Positions 58,799 to 64,000 of a stretch of DNA of 64,000 nucleotides are shown here, in pieces. Both the position numbers and the translations under genes were made by a program. Origin of the DNA: Alphaproteobacteria bacterium (GTDB lineage Bacteria; Pseudomonadota; Alphaproteobacteria; RF32; CAG-239); assembly GCA_017465405.1 (NCBI GenBank), contig JAFTWG010000001.1:9044-73043 (forward strand), in the 5' to 3' direction. Every line of letters begins with the position of its first letter. Positions within the stretch are counted from its first letter, which is position 1. The notes below the pieces were generated by a model. It was not told the origin of the DNA, did no database searches, and was given only the letters and a program-made list of their open reading frames with translations.

Positions 58799-61285
58799 AT
58801 GGGGAAAAAAATGATAAAAAGAAACTCTGTACTTTTAAATGAAATAGATAAAGCCAGACTCAAACTGTCTATTGAACATTATATTAATTATTTCATCGGT
58901 AAACGTGTTTGTGAAATTACAAAAGAAGAAGCTTTGAAAGCTATCTCATTGGCAGTTAGAGAGTTTGCCATGGATAGAATGTATAAAACAATTGCTCGCT
59001 ACAACGAAGCAAACTCAAAACGGGTATACTACCTTTCTATCGAATATCTTATCGGTCGTTCTCTTGAAAACAATCTGCACAATTTAGGCCTGTTTGATGT
59101 TCTTCAAGACATCAAAATTGACGGATGGCCTTGGAATACAATGGAAGAAATTTTTGATACCGAATATGACCCCGCATTAGGAAATGGCGGTTTAGGTCGT
59201 TTAGCCGCTTGCTATTTAGATTCTATGGCATCACTCGGCATCCCCGGTTTTGGCTATGGCATAAACTATGAATATGGCTTGTTCAAACAAAAATTTGAAA
59301 ACGGATATCAGATTGAACAAGCGGACAGCTGGGATGGAGAAGAATCTCCTTGGCAATTTGCACGTCATGACCGCAAAGTTACAATTCCGCTTTACGGAAA
59401 TGTAGAAACTACAATTGATGCCGCAACCGGAGAACCCGTATTTATATGGAAAAACACCTCTCCTATTTATGGTATTCCATACGATTTTCCGATTGTGGGA
59501 TATAACGGAAAATCTGTAAACTATTTGCGTTTATTCTCCGCAGAAGGTGATGAAACTTTAAATATCAATATATTCAACAAAGGCGGATATTTTGATGCTC
59601 TCCGCGATAAAATCGAGAGTGAAACTATTTCTAAAGTTCTTTATCCGTCAGATGCGATTGAAGCCGGAAAAGAGTTGCGCTTAAAACAACAATATTTCTT
59701 TGTATCTTGCGCAATTCAAGACATTATTCGTCGTTTTCTTGAAAAAAGTAATGATTTCCATAAAATGCCCGATTATATTACAATTCAACTTAATGATACC
59801 CATCCGGCTTTAGGTATTCCCGAAATGATGCACCAGTTAATTGATGTTTACGGACAATCTTGGAATGCAGCTTGGGAAATAACCACAAAAATCTTTGCTT
59901 ATACCAACCATACCTTGCTTCCGGAAGCCCTTGAAACATGGAATGCTCGTATGTTAGGCAGAATGTTGCCCCGTCACTTGCAAATTATTTATGAAATCAA
60001 TCGTCGATTTATTGAATTTGCACGTACAAAATTTGGCAATCAACCGGAAAAACTGGCAAAAGTTTCTATTGTATCCGGCGATGGCGACAACCAAATAATT
60101 CGTATGGCCAATCTGTCGATTGTCGGTTCATATATGGTAAACGGAGTAGCAAAACTGCACTCGGAATTAATTAAAACCAACCTTGTTCCCGAATTTTACG
60201 AATTATATCCGGAGAAATTTACCAATGTCACAAACGGAATTACTCCTCGTCGTTGGTTATATCATGCTAATAAAGACTTATCTGATTTAATTTCGGATAA
60301 AATTGGTAATGAATGGGTTACAAATCTTGATTTGTTACAAGAAGTTGAGAACTTTGTTGATGACAAGAAATTTGTTGAAGATTTTATGAAAATCAAGCAA
60401 AAGAACAAAGAAAAATTGGCTAAAAAAATATTAAAAACCAATGGTATTGCCGTTAATCCGAATAGCATTTTTATTGTTCAGGCAAAACGTATTCACGAAT
60501 ATAAACGTCAGCTGATGACAATTTTACAAGTTATCGGCGACTATTTGGCAATTATTAAAGATAATATTTATCCGGCATATCCGAAAACGTACATTTTTGC
60601 CGGAAAAGCTGCTCCTTCATATCATTTTGCCAAAATGGTTATTAAACTGATTAATAATGTTGCCGATGTTATTAATAACGATTCGCGTGTTAATGATATG
60701 ATTAAAGTGGTGTTTATGCCTGATTATAAAGTATCATTGGCCGAAACTCTTATTCCGGCTGCAGATATAAGTATTCAAAGTTCAACTGCGGGCTATGAAG
60801 CATCAGGAACCGGAAATATGAAATTTGCTTTAAACGGTGCTTTGACAGTAGGTACTTATGATGGTGCCAATATCGAAATCAGAGAAGCTGTAGGCGAAGA
60901 TAATTTCTATCTCTTTGGTTTGAGAGATAACGAAGTTACCAAAATGCACAAAGAAAATTCGTATAAGCCTTATGATATTTACGACAAATCTGACTATATC
61001 AAACGAATTTTGAACAGCCTGAACTCTAATATGTTCTGCGAAAAAGATTATGTCTTGTTGTTTAAGATGATATATGAAGAATTGTTATCCCGTGACTACT
61101 TTATGGTTTTGGCCGATTTGGAAGATTTCAACAAAGCTCTGCACTCAGCGGAACAAGACTATAAAGATCAAAATAAATGGGCAAAAATGGCAATTTATAA
61201 TGTGGCTCGTATCGGTAAATTTTCAAGCGATAGAGCTATTATGGATTATGCTAAAAACATTTGGCATATCAAACCCGTTGATTAA
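58799..61285 (+). CDS. glgP: glycogen/maltodextrin phosphorylase
   Basis: LGNGGLGRLAAC, NDTHP, YTNHT, KRIHEYKRQ, EASGTGNMK PLP site. Confidence 0.97.
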   Translation: MGKKMIKRNSVLLNEIDKARLKLSIEHYINYFIGKRVCEITKEEALKAISLAVREFAMDRMYKTIARYNEANSKRVYYLSIEYLIGRSLENNLHNLGLFDVLQDIKIDGWPWNTMEEIFDTEYDPALGNGGLGRLAACYLDSMASLGIPGFGYGINYEYGLFKQKFENGYQIEQADSWDGEESPWQFARHDRKVTIPLYGNVETTIDAATGEPVFIWKNTSPIYGIPYDFPIVGYNGKSVNYLRLFSAEGDETLNINIFNKGGYFDALRDKIESETISKVLYPSDAIEAGKELRLKQQYFFVSCAIQDIIRRFLEKSNDFHKMPDYITIQLNDTHPALGIPEMMHQLIDVYGQSWNAAWEITTKIFAYTNHTLLPEALETWNARMLGRMLPRHLQIIYEINRRFIEFARTKFGNQPEKLAKVSIVSGDGDNQIIRMANLSIVGSYMVNGVAKLHSELIKTNLVPEFYELYPEKFTNVTNGITPRRWLYHANKDLSDLISDKIGNEWVTNLDLLQEVENFVDDKKFVEDFMKIKQKNKEKLAKKILKTNGIAVNPNSIFIVQAKRIHEYKRQLMTILQVIGDYLAIIKDNIYPAYPKTYIFAGKAAPSYHFAKMVIKLINNVADVINNDSRVNDMIKVVFMPDYKVSLAETLIPAADISIQSSTAGYEASGTGNMKFALNGALTVGTYDGANIEIREAVGEDNFYLFGLRDNEVTKMHKENSYKPYDIYDKSDYIKRILNSLNSNMFCEKDYVLLFKMIYEELLSRDYFMVLADLEDFNKALHSAEQDYKDQNKWAKMAIYNVARIGKFSSDRAIMDYAKNIWHIKPVD

Positions 61286-61293
61286 TATATCTT

Positions 61294-61322
61294 AAAGGCA
61301 GGGTTTTATCCCTGCCTTTTTT
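61294..61322 (+). terminator. intrinsic terminator after glgP
   Basis: AAAGGCAGGG-loop-CCCTGCCTTT followed by T residues. Confidence 0.85.
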
Positions 61323-61359
61323 GTGTATTTAATATCTCTTGTCTTTACAGGCAGATGTC

Positions 61360-61440
61360 AGTCCTTGCGAAGCAATCCGGAAATGCTGTGCTTTATAATC
61401 CCTATGGATTATCACAGTCATAAAGGACTTCGTAATAATA
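61360..61440. repeat. degenerate palindromic REP-like element (GTCATTGCGA..GCAATC / GGATTGCCAC..TCGCAATGAC type)
   Basis: GTCCTTGCGAAGCAATCC ... GGATTATCAC-AGTC..GACT-TCGTAAT; nested stems AGTCCTT/AAGGACT, CTGTG/CACAG, ATAATCC/GGATTAT. Confidence 0.4.
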
Positions 61441-61445
61441 AGATA

Positions 61446-61481
61446 CCAAAAAACCGCTCTGTTTCCAGAGCGGTTTTTTGG
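61446..61481. terminator. bidirectional terminator after the TolC-Ig gene
   Basis: CCAAAAAACCGCTCTG-tttc-CAGAGCGGTTTTTTGG perfect inverted repeat. Confidence 0.85.
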
Positions 61482-61497
61482 CGTTAACCTTTCAAAC

Positions 61498-63414
61498 CTA
61501 TTTGGCTGAGGTTTTAACATCACTGCCCAAGGTAGAAGATTCAATATAAGAATCTTTACATTGTGAACCGACACAACGTTTTAACACCATGGCAGAAGAA
61601 CCTTCCACTTGTCCCGGAATAGACATAGCCGGAACATAAACATCGACTACTTTAATCTTGAAAGTTGTGTAACCTACACTACCATTCTCATCACTAAAGT
61701 ATGTTTTGATATGATACAAACCTTCATTACCCGGCATAGGTGTTCCGTCAAAGGTATATGTATCTTCATTATAGTGCAACCATTTCGGAAGAGCTTTATC
61801 ATCAATCAAACCTGAACGGCTGATTACACGACCTTTGAAACTCATTCTGTCAACCAATTCTTGCGGAATGTTTACAGTAATGTGTTTTCCGGTTTCAACC
61901 TTAATATCCGGCAATTTTTCTGAAGATGACAAATTAACCGGAGGACGTTTAGCCGGTACTTTCAACAAATACGGACGATTATCCGGCAAGAAGTTTCCGT
62001 CACCCCATTTTTCCATATTGGTACGGAGATAAACTGCCAACTTAGACGGTTTTTCGTTCAACATATAATAAGGAACTGCATCCAAACCGATTGAAACATA
62101 GAGGTTGCCCAAACTGTCCTGTAAATCTGCATAAGCTTTGAAAGCTTTAACTTCGTCACCGATAGCACGAGCAGCTTCCAACTGTGCTTTTTCATCTTTT
62201 GTGCCTTTTGCAATACTAAAGTCTTCGGCAATATTTTCTGAAGTATTGGCAATTTCCATATTAATTTGATAATCTTCAACAGCAGACATATATTGTGCCC
62301 AAGCAACATAAACTTGGCTCAATATCAAAGAGGTCATACGTTGACGACGTAATGTTTCTAAATCTTGCCCGTTCGGATTATTAATATCTTCATATACACT
62401 ATATCCGATTTCACGAGCTTGTCTTGACCAAATGCGGTTATAATGTTCAGGGTTACTTTTATACTCTTGTTCGGTAGGTTGTTCAAAACCCTTCACAACC
62501 AATTTGAGAGCTTGAGTATTGGTAGCTAAATCGTGTTCACGCAATTCCGGACGATTGTTCAATGCCAACCATTCCAAATCTGCTAAACTGTTTTTAATTT
62601 TAGGAAGAGCAAAATTTCCGTATTCGGAACCTACTACCTTAAATTCGGTAGAAGGATGCATTCCCATCAAACTTGCCAAACGTGTTTGAGCTGTTTCTAA
62701 ATCACGTTTTAAAGCCGAAAGCTTTTTAATTGCTTCCATATATTGTCTTTTCTTAACCAATTGTGCCAACGACGGAGATTCGTTATTAGCGGCTAATTCT
62801 TTTGCCTGAACATTCATATCGTCAACTTCCAATGTCATAAATTCTATCATGTCATCGGTAACCGGCAAAAGTTTTTGAGCGGTAAGCGTTTTCCAATAAA
62901 GAGTACGGGTTTCTTGCAAAATGTTATGAATAACTTTGCGACTTTCTTCAAAAGCAACACTTGATTTATAGTCAGCATCACGAGATTGGCAGAAAACCAT
63001 TGTCATATCAAGCAAGTTCCACGCAACTTTCAACTCCGGACTCATAGCCGAAGAATTGGTTTGATTGATATAACCTGCATGGCTCACAATTTCAGGTAAA
63101 CGATTTACCGGAGATTTTCCTGCTCGAATAAGGCTATCCTCATAATTAACCAAACGACGAGTATAGTTATATTTTAAGGCAAGAGCCATTGCCATATACA
63201 TATCTATCGGTTTTTCTATTTTACGTGGTGTGCTGATAAACATATTTTGCATATCGGCATCAATTCTGACGGCTCTGTCCCATTCGCTATAAGTGACAGC
63301 TTCTGGATTATATGCAACATTTGCACGATTATCTACTGTTTCAACTGTTTTATCCTGACCGCATGCAGAAACGAGCAAAACGGCAGAAAGCAACGATATT
63401 AATAACTTTTTCAT
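61498..63414 (-). CDS. TolC-like outer membrane lipoprotein fused to a C-terminal putative Ig (He_PIG/cadherin-like) domain
   Basis: VSAC lipobox; A.A.ALKYN, WNLLD, AL.NRPELRE TolC-type motifs; LPKWL.YN..T.TF.GTP.....G.Y.I.....D.NG Ig motif. Confidence 0.7.
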   Translation of the reverse strand: MKKLLISLLSAVLLVSACGQDKTVETVDNRANVAYNPEAVTYSEWDRAVRIDADMQNMFISTPRKIEKPIDMYMAMALALKYNYTRRLVNYEDSLIRAGKSPVNRLPEIVSHAGYINQTNSSAMSPELKVAWNLLDMTMVFCQSRDADYKSSVAFEESRKVIHNILQETRTLYWKTLTAQKLLPVTDDMIEFMTLEVDDMNVQAKELAANNESPSLAQLVKKRQYMEAIKKLSALKRDLETAQTRLASLMGMHPSTEFKVVGSEYGNFALPKIKNSLADLEWLALNNRPELREHDLATNTQALKLVVKGFEQPTEQEYKSNPEHYNRIWSRQAREIGYSVYEDINNPNGQDLETLRRQRMTSLILSQVYVAWAQYMSAVEDYQINMEIANTSENIAEDFSIAKGTKDEKAQLEAARAIGDEVKAFKAYADLQDSLGNLYVSIGLDAVPYYMLNEKPSKLAVYLRTNMEKWGDGNFLPDNRPYLLKVPAKRPPVNLSSSEKLPDIKVETGKHITVNIPQELVDRMSFKGRVISRSGLIDDKALPKWLHYNEDTYTFDGTPMPGNEGLYHIKTYFSDENGSVGYTTFKIKVVDVYVPAMSIPGQVEGSSAMVLKRCVGSQCKDSYIESSTLGSDVKTSAK

Positions 63415-63549
63415 ACTTAAAACCCTTCTTTGTACAAAGTATACGTTATATGTTTACACCATTTTTTTATAAAATGGTAGTATTTATTTGCTTTTATTTT
63501 AATTATATGTATAAAATACAAATGCAAAGTTAACAAAAAGCGAAAAAAT

Positions 63550-64000
63550 ATGTTTGAGATATTTGATACTATTTTTAAATATAAGGAAAAAGAAAGCCCG
63601 GACAAACTTGGGCTTTATCCTGAAAGAGTGCACGTTGATGCCATGCCTGAACGTCGTTATCTGTGGACTTCAAGGGTTTTGGTCATTATCGCCTGCTTTT
63701 CTATTTGTTTTAATATGATGTTGGCAGCTTCGTTATATGTTATGCTTCCGCAAAGAGGAAGTATGCCGCAGCTATTTTATGTTGACCACTACTTTAGTCA
63801 AATAGATAGAATGCAACCCGATGAAGTTAATTATCCGATGGGAAACCTCATTACCGAGGAGCATATTACTAACTACATCATGATGAGATATATCATTACT
63901 AATGATTATGACGAATTGGTTCGTCGATGGGGAGAAGGCTCTTATATCTATTGGTTATCAAGTCCGGACGTATTTCACCAATTTTCCAAATATGATGCAA
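63550..64000 (+). CDS. VirB8/TrbF-family type IV secretion inner membrane protein (partial)
   Basis: Not in the ORF track. Manual translation MFEIFDTIF...RVLVIIACFSICFNMMLAASLYVMLPQR..PQLFYVD...EEHITNYIMMRY...WLSSPDVF: one TM followed by LP, VD, YI..R and LSS..V motifs. Confidence 0.7.
   Translation, partial: MFEIFDTIFKYKEKESPDKLGLYPERVHVDAMPERRYLWTSRVLVIIACFSICFNMMLAASLYVMLPQRGSMPQLFYVDHYFSQIDRMQPDEVNYPMGNLITEEHITNYIMMRYIITNDYDELVRRWGEGSYIYWLSSPDVFHQFSKYDA

Noticed and set aside
61332-61446. Possible 6S RNA, SRP RNA or SAM riboswitch
   Set aside because: Too short for 6S, lacks the SRP and SAM-I conserved cores, and is not upstream of any gene
61329-61574. 81-aa minus-strand ORF across the glgP/TolC-Ig intergenic region
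   Set aside because: It runs through a terminator and a palindromic element, with no RBS or recognisable motif
138-63605. Numerous 60-150 aa ORFs in the track that overlap long genes
   Set aside because: Antisense or alternate-frame shadows of well-supported genes, without motifs or RBS
1-64000. Prophage, IS element, integron, CRISPR array, rRNA or tRNA
   Set aside because: No integrase, transposase, phage structural gene, repeat-spacer array or tRNA/rRNA signature was seen

Overview
AT-rich chromosomal segment of an alphaproteobacterium. Gene order (valS-popZ-tolC, rluD-rpoH, miaB-phoH-ybeY-lnt-HTH-trmB, mtaB-ftsY, fzlA, alpha-type dcw cluster) together with pyruvate:ferredoxin oxidoreductase and a Bacteroides-like NagB suggests an anaerobic, probably gut-dwelling Rhodospirillales-like lineage; the taxonomy is inferred. 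Most of the window is housekeeping: the rmlACDB cluster, an RND pump, cell division, tRNA modification, valS and glgP. I see no rRNA, tRNA, CRISPR array, transposase or integrase. The most unusual items are: (1) a stand-alone VirD4/TraG coupling-protein operon carrying a large low-complexity protein and two paralogous membrane proteins (one with a degenerate NERD-like domain), preceded by a possibly BID-like protein, with an isolated VirB8-like gene about 38 kb away next to a TolC-Ig fusion, which points to a dispersed, domesticated type IV secretion system; (2) a dcw cluster from which exactly the peptide-stem ligases (murD, murC, ddl, and upstream murE/murF) are cleanly absent; (3) a phage C4-antisense-like structured RNA with its own complementary target and a terminator, sitting upstream of a phosphotransferase in a cassette flanked by direct repeats; (4) several apparent pseudoenzymes (NagB with Asp to Val at the catalytic position, a degenerate GGDEF protein, a pseudo-receiver). 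All calls come from reading motifs by eye; no searches were run.
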